From contig NC_068982.1 in assembly GCF_001194135.2 (NCBI RefSeq), positions 117,129,103 to 117,181,756 of the forward strand: a DNA stretch of 52,654 bases, read 5' to 3'. The position numbers and the translations under genes were made by a program. This document shows positions 10,185 through 22,859 of this stretch, in pieces. The notes beneath the pieces were generated by a model. The model was not told the DNA's origin and searched no databases. It was given only the letters and a program-made list of their open reading frames with translations. Source of the stretch: Octopus bimaculoides. Its lineage: Eukaryota. Position 1 is the stretch's first letter. Every line of letters starts with the position of its first letter.

Positions 10185-12159
10185 ATGCGTTTTATACATT
10201 TTTTCACGTGTCATATTTGATATACCACTTCAACATTGAATTTTAGGTATTTTGCAAAATAAATCAGGCTTTTAAATATGTTTGCTGAGACCAAGGTGAA
10301 GTTGGGTAAATCATTTGATGTTGTTGTTTTAAAAACATTCGAGAGAACGTGGAAGGCGTCTTTTTTGTTAAAGTTCGATCTCGATGTACATATAAAGCTA
10401 TGATTAATAGCATGTAAATATTGGAGTTAAAACCCTTTCTGATAGAGAAAGTCGTAGGTTAGATTAAAATAAAGAATCTATGCTTCTGAAACAAGTGTAG
10501 TTATGTCCTTATGCATTCTATGGAATACTGCTATACATCCGTCCAGAAAGGAAGTCAACGATATGAAATATTGTACAGGACCATGTAGCTATCCAGATAC
10601 AAGACACTTGATGTGGATCTGACAGCCAAACGATCGTTACATCATGTAAATATGAATATTGTCAGCCTGTATACTAAAGATTAGATTAGTAATCTCGAAG
10701 GTTATGCTTTAATTAACAATAGCTTGTCTCAGACAATTAGGTATTTAACTTTCTAATACAAGATATGTGCGCTCGGTGTGTAATTACATTAACTAAGGTT
10801 ACATGACTTATATATCCGGCTACATTGTACCATCAATAGCTTGTGAAATGAGAAAGCTGACACCGCTTTTTCAAATTTTAGTATTCAAAAGACATGGGGC
10901 TTTTTTTTATATATTCGGATTATCAAAAATCTAACTAGAAATAATTTTACTGTGTGGAGAAAAGATATCGTTCAAAAATGACATTGTTATTACTTCAGGA
11001 GGTAAGGGAAGCACACTATAGTAATATTTCATCTTTATTATATTATCGGTGAAAGTTCTCCTTGTATATGCACACCAGTGTACATTCTAGCACATTTATT
11101 TAATGTTTTACCTGTCACTAGTTCAGCAAGTAAGAGGTCATATATAATAAACTATAAACTTAGGTGTAGTCATCTCTTGTACTTGCTGAAAGAAGTAAAA
11201 TATTGTTTGATAACGATTAATATTGTCCTGTCGTACTTTTTCACTGCGGAGTTATTTCTTGTTAGATATTTGAAACTCCCTACTATCGCTTTTATGAGGA
11301 TGGTATCTCTACTTTTCCTTTATTGTTAGGCTCGTAAGTATAAAGATGTGGTAAAGAACTGATATACTTTATAAGAAAAATGTAGCAATGGAATTCGGAG
11401 GATGCGAGCATTGCGCCATTAAACTCATTTGTAATACAGGAGGAGTGACAATACGCGACAACCTATATCTGTGTACCTAGGCCAACATATTAATTTTTAC
11501 ACTGAGGAAGCATTATATTTGATTTTCTGAGATTAAATACATCTCACACTTTGCAATCTATCACATGTTATTTCTGCAGGTTATAACTGCAGGGCCATAT
11601 AAAAAGATGCAAAATATAAGAAAAAAGTAGCGATGGGAAAAGCAAGTTTAAGAAACGTTTCACATCTAGCGAGCTTTCATCAATCTTCTATTCGTTCATT
11701 ATATGTGTAATGCTGTCAGTGATTAACAAAAACAACCTTTCTGCTGAGGTGCTCTACCAATCATATATGACGTATGCACAGCTTTTAAAACAATCATCCA
11801 AATTATATTCCCATACTTATTGGAAATTTGATTTTGAAATCTATTAAACTGTAAATCAATTTTAATCCACTCTAAGGGAATGCTGGAATAATTTTGTGAA
11901 GAAATAAGGCATATTCTACATGCTCATCAAATCTTTATTTTAGAAAACAATTAAAGTTTGTCAGGAAAGCAGTAATTTCCCATTTCACTTCGACATTTCA
12001 ATCTAAGGCAATTGTTCAACTTTAATTATTTGTCTTTATATTAGTGCTATTAATATTATATTCAACTCCCTATTATATTTCTCTTCTTGCTCTCTTCCTT
12101 TCACATTTCTTTTTTCTTTCTTCCTCCTCTCTTTCTCTCTCTCTCTCTCTATCTTTCTA

Positions 12160-12207
<48 letters not shown>

Positions 12208-12829
12208 TACAAATGTATCAAATAATCATGTGTGTATATATGTGCTTGTGTATTGGCGTGTGGGGGGCAGTGTGAGCATGTTAGATGAATAATTTAACTA
12301 CCTCCAAAGATACATTTTAATTGCATCGAACATGTCTTAGTATTAGATGTCATGTTATTTTTAGAGTAATAAAATCTTCCTTCATTTTAATAATGAACCC
12401 ATTCATTATTTATTGTTCTTCGTTCTTTCCTTTATATTAGCCATACATATTTTATTACACGTTTAATTTTCAAAATATGAGGTGTAATGACAATAGCCAG
12501 ATCTAGTGGAGTCTTTCAAAAGTAAGTTTCTGCCCTGCATGTTCTAAGTTTCTAACACAATATGTTAACAAAAACTCATTATTCTTACTCTTGGATTATG
12601 TCAGACAAGAGTCTGGAAGTCTTCGGTTATATAAATTTATCACTCAGCACTCTAAAATATCGACCAATGCAAATTTATCTACTGCATTTCACCACATGAC
12701 TCAATAGTTCTCAGAAACTTCTATAGTTACCATAACAAAATTTGTATTATTGAATTTGTTGCTATATGTATGTTGGTATTTTAAATAATGTTGTTATTAA
12801 GAGGCATTGAATGACAAGAGAAACACACC

Positions 12830-12900
12830 CGGCGGAAACGATGAGCGGCATTTCGTTCCATCAATTTATATGAGTTGATATCTTTCCCTGATCGATTAGT
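12830..12900 (+). mobile_element. SINE family B, faint 5' fragment
   Basis: GAAACGATGAGCGGCATTTCGTTCC resembles AATGCTTAACGGTATTTCATCC in the copies at 44074 and 47600. Confidence 0.4.
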
Positions 12901-13690
12901 TGACTAGTTACTCATTCATAAATTTTTCGTTGTGCCTGTTATAAATCCTCCTCCTCCTCTTTCTCCTTCTCCTCCCCTTTCTCCTCCTCCTCNNNNNNNN
13001 NNNNNNNNNNNNNNNNNNNNNNNNNNNNNNNNNNNNNNNNNNNNNNNNNNNNNNNNNNNNNNNNNNNNNNNNNNNNNNNNNNNNNNNNNNNNNNNNNNNN
13101 NNNNNNNNNNNNNNNNNNNNNNNNNNNNNNNNNNNNNNNNNNNNNNNNNNNNNNNNNNNNNNNNNNNNNNNNNNNNNNNNNNNNNNNNNNNNNNNNNNNN
13201 NNNNNNNNNNNNNNNNNNNNNNNNNNNNNNNNNNNNNNNNNNNNNNNNNNNNNNNNNNNNNNNNNNNNNNNNNNNNNNNNNNNNNNNNNNNNNNNNNNNN
13301 NNNNNNNNNNNNNNNNNNNNNNNNNNNNNNNNNNNNNNNNNNNNNNNNNNNNNNNNNNNNNNNNNNNNNNNNNNNNNNNNNNNNNNNNNNNNNNNNNNNN
13401 NNNNNNNNNNNNNNNNNNNNNNNNNNNNNNNNNNNNNNNNNNNNNNNNNNNNNNNNNNNNNNNNNNNNNNNNNNNNNNNNNNNNNNNNNNNNNNNNNNNN
13501 NNNNNNNNNNNNNNNNNNNNNNNNNNNNNNNNNNNNNNNNNNNNNNNNNNNNNNNNNNNNNNNNNNNNNNNNNNNNNNNNNNNNNNNNNNNNNNNNNNNN
13601 NNNNNNNNNNNNNNNNNNNNNNNNNNNNNNNNNNNNNNNNNNNNNNNNNNNNNNNNNNNNNNNNNNNNNNNNNNNNNNNNNNNNNNNNNN

Positions 13691-13723
<33 letters not shown>

Positions 13724-13989
13724 AATTCTTTACTTATATTAGGTCATAAGTTCCGTGTTTACCTGGTTGCTATATCATATCTATGTTTACGATGGTGTAT
13801 TTCCAATGTAGTATCTTACTGGTTTGCTACCCTATGCTATTCAGTTCACTTCTAAATTACATTGACTAAGATCATTAGTGTATTTCAACGTATAATCTCG
13901 TTTCTAATTTTCTCCACGAAATACGTGATCCTCATAGATAAACGCTCTTAAGATTTTAATGCGATATACGTACCTGTCTTTACTGGTAT

Positions 13990-14460
13990 AAGGTATTTCA
14001 ACTTTTCTGCATCTTCCAAGAACCTTTTCCCTTATCTAAATATTGCATTGCCTTGATTGATATAATATAGTAGTTTTTTTAATGATGCATCCCTGCTTCT
14101 GATCAGCTAACGAAGTATCTCCGCTTTTATTGGATTTTATATTGTGTCAATTCTCCTTCTATCCGTTATTGGAAGCCTTGAGTGAAGAGCGACTTAATCT
14201 AATAACATCAAACCCAGGTTCCTTATATATATTCTGTAAATTAGGCTGTTTACAATATTGATATTCTGGTGTGCATCTGCGAAAATAATTTCATGGGAGA
14301 CCGTGTTAAATTCAGCAATTATTTTTCGTTCTTATTTCTTTACTTGTATCTTAAAGAGATTTCTCCATTGTTCCAGGTTGATTGATTTTGTAATGATCAT
14401 TTTGCAAGATTTTCCACAATGCTGATTCTACTGGTTTTGTTGTCTTTTATGGTATAACAC
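13990..14460 (-). mobile_element. Highly decayed RTE-type LINE RT remnant
   Basis: Weak minus-strand motifs IAEFNTVSHEIIF (cf. AFDTV.HEKL) and KQGCII (cf. RQGC); A-rich sense strand. Confidence 0.35.
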
Positions 14461-15219
14461 GTTTCACTGTGATATGTGTCATCAAGGGTATACATTTCTA
14501 GCGATTCTTTGCAGTTTTGGTTTTGGAATGTTTAAAAAATGCCAAATGACGTCACATGACAAGAAGAGAATATAATGAGATGGAATGAAATATATTTGTA
14601 GAAAAGAAAGGAAAATGAGCTCTGCCTCACCATAGATAGCATCCTCATTTCGTAGATATAAAAAACCCCAGCAAATACGCAACTAACACCATTTTCATCA
14701 TTACCGATGACATGAGTTTCCAATAATAATAGTAGAAAAAAAAAACTGTCACTACTATAAAAGAACACACTTGCGGTTAGTTGCAACAAAAACAATAACG
14801 AAAATTACCCAACCACCGTTTTCGGCATAATCCAGAAAATAGACGTCGGTAACAAAAAAAAATAAATAAAAAGAAAAGAACATTGGCAACATAATAAACT
14901 TCGCCACTACAAAAATCATTGATAATGGTATGAACGTGCCTTGTGAAAAAAAGGTATAACCGCAGAGTGAAGGAAAGATTTTATCTATGGCAATTACCTC
15001 TTTTTACAGGGATCTATAGTATAGTCTGAATTAAAGATAAATTAAAACATTACTATAATTATCAGCATTGTGGTTTCCTTTATAGTCTATCACCTCAGAG
15101 ACAAAATTCATATATATTGTGCTCTGCACAAATTTCAGTTTGTATACACTTACATGTACACGCTTAGGGCATACACACATTCATGCATATATGAACATAT
15201 TCGTATATACACGCAGGCA

Positions 15220-15488
15220 CACCTTCGTTTTGGGATCACCACCACTTTATTATCTCCCCTTCTCACTAGCTCTCCTGTGTGACCCTTCTGTCCGACATTC
15301 GCCATGATAGATCGCTAGCCAGTACACATTACTTATTTTCTCTCCTTGTTTTTTTCTCTGTTCTTTTCTGTGGAAAGCGTAGGCTCGAAACGGTAAAGTC
15401 GTTTTCACTTCCCGAGCGTTATACTAATACATCTGTTTGTTGCCTACACCACCAGTCTTCGTCTTTTGTTTTTTTGTGAATTCTCCCT
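15220..15488 (+). mobile_element. Penelope-like terminal repeat / 3' end
   Basis: Pyrimidine-rich segment containing a hammerhead-like core (15368-15391), upstream of the PLE RT fragments across an N gap. Confidence 0.55.
15362..15400 (+). ncRNA. Degenerate minimal hammerhead ribozyme motif (second PLE family)
   Basis: TTT CTGTGGA A AGC GTAG GCT C GAA ACGGT A AAG: CUG(A>U)GGA core, GUAG-loop stem II, GAAA, tiny stem III and a GUA triplet. Confidence 0.5.
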
Positions 15489-15501
15489 GTATGTATGTAT
15501 G

Positions 15502-15535
<34 letters not shown>

Positions 15536-15603
15536 TGTATGTATGTATGTATGCATGTATGTATGCATGTATGCATGTGTGTGTGTATTGGGATGTATGT
15601 ATG
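15489..15603. repeat. (TATG)n microsatellite
   Basis: Direct tetranucleotide run that degenerates at its 3' end. Confidence 0.95.
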
Positions 15604-16129
15604 TACGTATGTATAGGTGCAGGCACCGGCGTCTGGTAACGAGTTTGCTNNNNNNNNNNNNNNNNNNNNNNNNNNNNNNNNNNNNNNNNNNNNNNNNNNN
15701 NNNNNNNNNNNNNNNNNNNNNNNNNNNNNNNNNNNNNNNNNNNNNNNNNNNNNNNNNNNNNNNNNNNNNNNNNNNNNNNNNNNNNNNNNNNNNNNNNNNN
15801 NNNNNNNNNNNNNNNNNNNNNNNNNNNNNNNNNNNNNNNNNNNNNNNNNNNNNNNNNNNNNNNNNNNNNNNNNNNNNNNNNNNNNNNNNNNNNNNNNNNN
15901 NNNNNNNNNNNNNNNNNNNNNNNNNNNNNNNNNNNNNNNNNNNNNNNNNNNNNNNNNNNNNNNNNNNNNNNNNNNNNNNNNNNNNNNNNNNNNNNNNNNN
16001 NNNNNNNNNNNNNNNNNNNNNNNNNNNNNNNNNNNNNNNNNNNNNAGAGACAGATATATATATATGTGTGTATATTATATATATCCATCCCACATCCACG
16101 ACACCAACCATACTTTCTTTCTGATTCAC

Positions 16130-16800
16130 TCGTTTTTTTTCCCTCCGACCCTCTCTCAAATTCTGTTCACACTTGATATCAAAAGTTTATATACAGTGGT
16201 TCCACACAACAAAGGACTTCTTACGCTTAGACACTTTTTAGACTTTAGGCCTGACCCTCAACCTGACAACACCACATTTCTTCGTTTAGCCGAACTTGTC
16301 CTCTCCCTCATCTGCTTCTTGTTCGCGGAGAAGTTTTATCGAAAGGTCTCGGGAGTGGACATAAGAACGAGAATGGGACCTGTTCGTTGGCTACGATCAG
16401 GCCCAAATATTCTCACAATTCACTGGTCCACTCCTGCGCTATACGGTCGTTATATCAATGACTGTATCTGCGCGACCTCACTCTCCCATGAATAATTGAA
16501 CTCCTTCCTCTCCTTTGTCCAATCCTCCCATCCTGCCCTCGAATTCCGCTGCACTATCTCTAACTCTTTCGTTGAATTTCTCGACATTTCTGTCAGCATC
16601 TTCCATTCCGCTCTCACTACATATATCCCCTACAAACACATTGACTTACACTCCTACCTTAACCTCTACTCCTCCTACCTTACCCACACCAAGCTCTCCA
16701 CCCCTATTGCCAATTCATCCTTCTACGCAAGCTCTGCAGTGACGACCTAGAATTTGAGAGTCAGTCTCAATACTTGGCTCGCCGTTTCACTAACTAGAAA
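16130..16800 (+). mobile_element. Penelope-like RT pseudogene fragment A
   Basis: LFTLDIKSLYTVVPHNKGL, FYRKVSGVDIRTRMGP, YGRYINDCI, EFLDISV and YKHIDLHSYL follow PLE RT motif order (D..SLYT..P, G..MG, RY.DD, LPFLD, KPT...YL). Confidence 0.88.
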
Positions 16801-16814
16801 TGCTACCTGAATGA

Positions 16815-17130
16815 CTGTTTCATCCTGTGGCCACATAACCTTGAACAACTCTCAAAATTTAAAAACTTAATCAATAGCATTAACCACAATATCCAGTTTA
16901 CAATGGAATCCAGCCACAAACAACTACCCTTCCAGGACATCTTAATCATAAACAGAGATACTGAAATTGAAACCGACATCTTCTTCAAACCAACGGACTC
17001 AAAACAATATCTTCTATTCTACTCTTACCACCCGAAACATACTAAAATAAATATGCCGTTCAAATTAGCGAGAAGAATTTGCACGATCAATCAAAACCGA
17101 ACTTCAGCAAATACAACGAAATGACTCTTT
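16815..17130 (+). mobile_element. Penelope-like RT/thumb pseudogene fragment B (different subfamily)
   Basis: FKNLINSINHNIQFTMESSHKQLPFQDILI...FFKPTDSKQYLLFYSYHPKHTKINMPFKLARRICTI is a typical PLE RT domain 7/thumb. It is A-rich, unlike fragment A. Confidence 0.88.
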
Positions 17131-17550
17131 AAGAGAACAAACCAACTGGAACAATTATGACAGTCTCCACAGGGAATCCAACCAAGCAGAACGACAAATT
17201 TGACCACCGCAAAAAAAAACAAACAAAAAAAAACACCAGTATTTTAACGAATCAAAAATCAGATCTGCTCGCGGAAAAAAATTATAAATACATCTGATCC
17301 CAAAACATACCACTACAAGCGAACGCATCTACGGAAAGAAGATCAGAGAAACTGTAAACCAAATCCCTCTTTTTTTTGTTACTATTTTCATTTCTCCCTT
17401 GTTTTTTTCAGTATGACATGTAGACCACCACTAAAATGAATGGACTTTGTAAATTCAAACAAATTGAAATACAGTTTTAATAATATTGACTTCTATGAAC
17501 ATTCAAACTTATACCTGTCCTCCTAATTCATAATGCTCAATTTATACGTT

Positions 17551-17634
17551 TTGAACATGTTGATTTGTCAATATTGAAACATTTTAATTTATCAACATTG
17601 AAACATTTGAATTTGTCGTCATTGAAACATTTCA
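17551..17634. repeat. ~24-bp minisatellite, about 3.5 copies
   Basis: Units approximate TTGAAACATTTGAATTTGTCAACA and start at 17551, 17574, 17598 and 17622. Confidence 0.8.
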
Positions 17635-18647
17635 AGATGCTTCTATAATTCATAATTTTAATCTTTTACCATTGATAAACAAAGATGTTTTTTTTTTCTA
17701 ATTCATAACTTTAAACTTTTACTATTACTAAATAAAATCTCTTGTTGAAGCTGGTTTGTTATATATATAGATAAATGTATTTTAAACATTTACGAGTCTT
17801 TGAAGTTTAGGTGCATTTTGAACACATTTTCATATATATATACACACATAAATTAGAATACCCGTGATCCGTTGAGTCATCTGGAAAGTCTGAGTTTCCC
17901 AGCAACGGAATTTTGTTTCGTAGGTTTCTTTTTTTTTCCATGTTATTTCGCATGCTGTCAACGATTGTGACATCGAAATCACTCTTCTCTTTAAGGATCC
18001 TTTCTCAAGAAAAGGAAAGATTTGGCTGCTATATGTTGTTATATCCCAGCTAACATATAACAGGTATTTCGGCTCCTTTATCGCAAATAGCTGTTACATG
18101 GTAGCAGGGCGTGCTAGAAATAGCAGCCAAATCTTTGGAGCTGAGATACGTTTAATACGCTCGAACAGATTTTTCTAATGGTATTCCCTTGGGGCGATCT
18201 TTCGCTTTGACTCTCGGAACTGTGGCTTTGACTCTCAGAACTGTCATCTGGATCAGCTGGTTTTGTTATTTAATTTCCGTAAAATATTTTATTTACTTAA
18301 TTTTGTTTTAAAGTGAAAGAGAGGAGAAAGAGAAATATGTATGAACGTGTATATGAAATGGACGTGTGTTTAGGGGGAGATATAGAGATAGAGAGACTGA
18401 CACTTACACATACATGAGAACACACACGTTTACTCACTCACAGTCTCTCTCTCTCTCACACACACCTGCACACGTACATACAAAAAATGTACACATATGT
18501 ATTGATGTATGCACTTATACATGACAACACACCCGTCACTCACTCTTTCTCTTTCTCTCTCTCTCTCACTCTCGCCTTTTCTCTATCTTCCTCTCTCTAT
18601 CTCTCTCTCCCCTACACACACGTCCATTTAATATACACGTACATACA

Positions 18648-18689
18648 TCTTTCACTTTCTCCTCTTTCACTTTCTCCTCTTTCACTTTC
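18648..18689. repeat. 15-bp tandem repeat, ~2.7 copies
   Basis: TCTTTCACTTTCTCC repeated. Confidence 0.85.
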
Positions 18690-19228
18690 AAATGAAAGTA
18701 AATAAATATTGAAAATAATGCAAAAAAAAAGACATAAAATTATTGTCTATTTAAAGAAAGCTAAAATATGAATATTTACTGTACAAGCAACTTACATTTT
18801 TGAAATCACATTCAGTTAAAATATTTCCAAATGATTAAAATATTTTGCACGTGAAAAAGTCGACATTTTTTCTTAGAGAGCGCGAAGACTATGTGTGTGT
18901 ATATGTCACAGATAACGGACGTGTGCTTGTGTTGATTGACACACCATGACATTCATTATATGTTTGTGTATTCTGTATGTGTGTATGTGTGTTGACGTCA
19001 CAGAACTCATGTTTTTTTTTTCGTCAAGAAATAACAAACAAAAATGGTGTCTGTTCGTTTTCATTAATAAATAGACTTCCAAATATCACAAAAATCTGTA
19101 TTGCACTGCCAAAGGTAACTATGGAAATAAACATGCAAAAAAACATAGAGATAAAATATACTATTTCTGAAATATTTCGGGTACACGCAAACATCTTTAG
19201 AGTTTTAATATTATTAAGATACACACAC

Positions 19229-19269
<41 letters not shown>

Positions 19270-19622
19270 TACACACACACAACACACACACANNNNNNNN
19301 NNNNNNNNNNNNNNNNNNNNNNNNNNNNNNNNNNNNNNNNNNNNNNNNNNNNNNNNNNNNNNNNNNNNNNNNNNNNNNNNNNNNNNNNNNNNNNNNNNNN
19401 NNNNNNNNNNNNNNNNNNNNNNNNNNNNNNNNNNNNNNNNNNNNNNNNNNNNNNNNNNNNNNNNNNNNNNNNNNNNNNNNNNNNNNNNNNNNNNNNNNNN
19501 NNNNNNNNNNNNNNNNNNNNNNNNNNNNNNNNNNNNNNNNNNNNNNNNNNNNNNNNNNNNNNNNNNNNNNNNNNNNNNNNNNNNNNNNNNNNNNNNNNNN
19601 NNNNNNNNNNNNNNNNNNNNNN

Positions 19623-19707
<85 letters not shown>

Positions 19708-19949
19708 TGTATACACGTATGTATACACACTAGTCTAAAGTTTGTCTCTGAAATTACCAGAGATACACTAACCCTGTTCTTATTTTACTCCAGTTCGTAT
19801 TTTCTATTCACTGGAAAATTCCCGAAGAAATGGCTTTTATACGTTTCTAATGGTAATAATTTGCATAGTCATTCGCAATCCACTTCTCGTATTCATACCT
19901 CAGTGTGCTATGAAATTCTCTAGCTCTTTTACTTGGCTATATGTAAAAT

Positions 19950-20620
19950 GTTCTAAAAATATCTTTCCTCTAGATGCTACAAGTCATACGCCATTTATAA
20001 GTTATAGTTTCTTAGCTTAATGGTACTCATAATCTTTTTTTCAGATATAATTCGCAAGGAATGTTATCAAAAGATGCTGAATATAATATCTTGCCCATTT
20101 ATTCCTCATTTTTCGATGCTATTTCCTCTGATAGCAAATCTAATTTCTTTCCTGCCGTCCATCTCCTCGTCGCATTCGACTGTACTAGAATGACGCTTAT
20201 TCCACTTTGCTTATAGCTTGGAGTGGTGTTTCATTAAAGAATTAATGTTGAATCAAATATATTAATATGTTGAACTGTCTAAAGTATGAATTGAGGTTAT
20301 TGATCTTCGAGTAGTACTTTATTCCAAACCTATTTGTGGCCATGTGATAGAAATATTGTTAGATATATATGACCTCTGCAATTGCTTGTGCTTACCTTAC
20401 GTCCTGTAAGTTTTTCTATGAATATCTCTAATCACCAATATGAATATCACTAATTCACCAATAACTAATATCATTTAAATAGTTTTCTAAACACATTATC
20501 AAAAACCTAATTTGTTTTCTCAACCCAGACATGTTATTCATGATAAAACGCCCAACGTAGCCATACTGACAAACATTGCACTTACTTCAAATATATTTTT
20601 CCGATAAATTTTAGTTCAGT
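19950..20620 (-). mobile_element. Possible very old LINE (RTE-like endonuclease region) remnant
   Basis: A-rich minus strand with only faint similarity (e.g. VIRDIHRK cf. VMGDFNAK). Confidence 0.25.
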
Positions 20621-20764
20621 TGTAATATTCTCATATATTCTTAACTTTTAGTTCTCAAATCGGGCTGGTTTATATGTATGTCTTTCATTTAAATTCAATG
20701 TATGTAGCTATGTATGTATGTATGTATGTATGCATGTATGTATGTATGTATGTATGTATGTATG

Positions 20765-20823
<59 letters not shown>

Positions 20824-22819
20824 CTGTAAGTGTGTGAGTGTACGTAAATATAATTTTTGCGTTCTATGAATGTTAACATGATTTTGTACCTGGACCATTA
20901 TTCTCTATCAAAAAGAATCCAACAAAATGATAAGTGTAAGTATTTTATATTATTACATAACGGATTTATACGAAGCAATTTTATCAACTCAGTGATGCCA
21001 AACAATTGCTGAATAACTGAGATTTTAAATGTCACTTCTACGGAGTTCTTTGTGGTAGGGATATATATTCCAATATGGATACTTAAACGGGTAAAGATCG
21101 AAGCATTGAAGTTGGCAAATTTATTATTTGGCTAAAGAACATATGAATCCAACGCTGGCCAACACATCAGGCAGACAGAATGTAAGCGGGCGTAGTAAAG
21201 TTTCACATATTATTGCCGATATAAAGATAAGGGAAATATCATGAGGTGAAGTTTTCTGTAATATACGCAAGAATGCTATTTATTTGCATAACTATCATGT
21301 TTGATGTTTACATTGTATAACTTCAAATTAACATTAACTGAACAGGCTATTGATCGCAAACATTCCAATTTTGAATATCACATTTTTCTTTCGGTCATAG
21401 TGTATTTAGAACTATTTTGTCGTAAGCTCCTCTCTACATTGACGATCCCAGAGTGTAAAATATGAGTTAGAATAGTATAACTGTTTCCTGATGTTTAAGA
21501 AACCATGTTGAAGTTTCCTCCTTGATTTAGGGTCTTACTGCCTTAAGAATTGACCTATTTGCGTCTGATGCATATAGGTCTTAACGTTACGCTAAGAAAC
21601 AAATTGGAACTCATAACAGCTGGATACATAAAATCACTAGCCAAAATACATGACTATAATTTATGTTGTGATTAATGGCGATTATTGATTTAATTGAGAT
21701 ATTGTCTTGGCTCGTGCCATTTTTTGCTTTCAAAGAAGCAAGAATATCCGTATCGAACCTACTTATAATGGAGGTGTAAATGATAAACCAGCGCTCAGTG
21801 ACAGAAACAAGACATGAACCTACGATTTTTAAATAAAAATAGTCAAGTCCTTGCTTGTTATTGCAGCATTTGTGAATTTGTGGTTTCTACTTGAATGAAT
21901 TCTAAAGTGGTTTTTCGTTTTGAACTAATTTGTACGGGCTGTGTAACAATGGACATTGAATATACAGTTCTCACTAAAATTCGCTACTTGTTAATGACAA
22001 AGATGATTAGAGTGCAGAAGAAGATACGTAGTGTTGCCGCAGAAAAGTGTCTTAACAGGATCATTAACTGGCTTTTACGATTCGTTACACTCTGACAGAT
22101 TTTTCAACAATTCTCTCACATGTCCATGCTACATTTCCAAAAGTAATAGTAGAAAAGAAATTCGCCATCAACAAAGAAACACACTTCGTCGAATACGTTC
22201 ATTAGTATTGATAGACATCGAATAACACAACTCTTTGTTAAGAAGTTCAGTTATATCATTAAACAATCGCTTACTTGAAATCGCTCAGATTCGCCTGCGC
22301 CACTGTACTCGAACCCAATCCGAAATAATTCAATTCTGGTTACTATAATCAAAATAATTCTTTTGCTTTCTAGTTATACCCATTGTTTGTTTTCCTTTTC
22401 ACTTTCGTAATTTTCTCTAGTTTTGCCTTGCATCTAATCTTGTCTTAACTCTCGCCTAATTTCAACTTGATTCAAGCCGGAGAAATCGAAGTGCGATTAC
22501 TATAAAACTAAATCTAAAATGTATGAATAAACTAAACGTTTTTTCAAGTGAATTTTCTAAATCTCTTTCAACATTCTTTGTAGATCAAAAGGATCTAATA
22601 ATATCGTCGTTTCCGCTGTTTACTGTCTAATTTCATAAGCAATATTTCGTTATATTTCAGGCTAGAAATCTAGAAATCAGCCTTTATTTAATCAAACATT
22701 ATTATTTCGCTTCAGAGTTTGCTAAACGACGAAATCGAGTTTGGAGACAGTAGAATTTTCCCAGTCAACATTTGCCGATGTTAAGTGTATGTACACGCAC
22801 ACAAATACACACACGCGCG

Positions 22820-22859
<40 letters not shown>

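Noticed and set aside
17551-17634. 24-bp repeats considered as a CRISPR-like array
   Set aside because: The units are contiguous with no unique spacers, there are no cas genes, and the context is eukaryotic.
22290-22330. Box B-like GGGTTCGAGTAC on the minus strand suggesting a tRNA
   Set aside because: No cloverleaf or box A; at most a SINE relic.
22716-22786. Candidate exon between TTTCGCTTCAG and GTATGT
   Set aside because: It has stop codons in all three frames and no partner exons; at best UTR or non-coding, which I cannot support.
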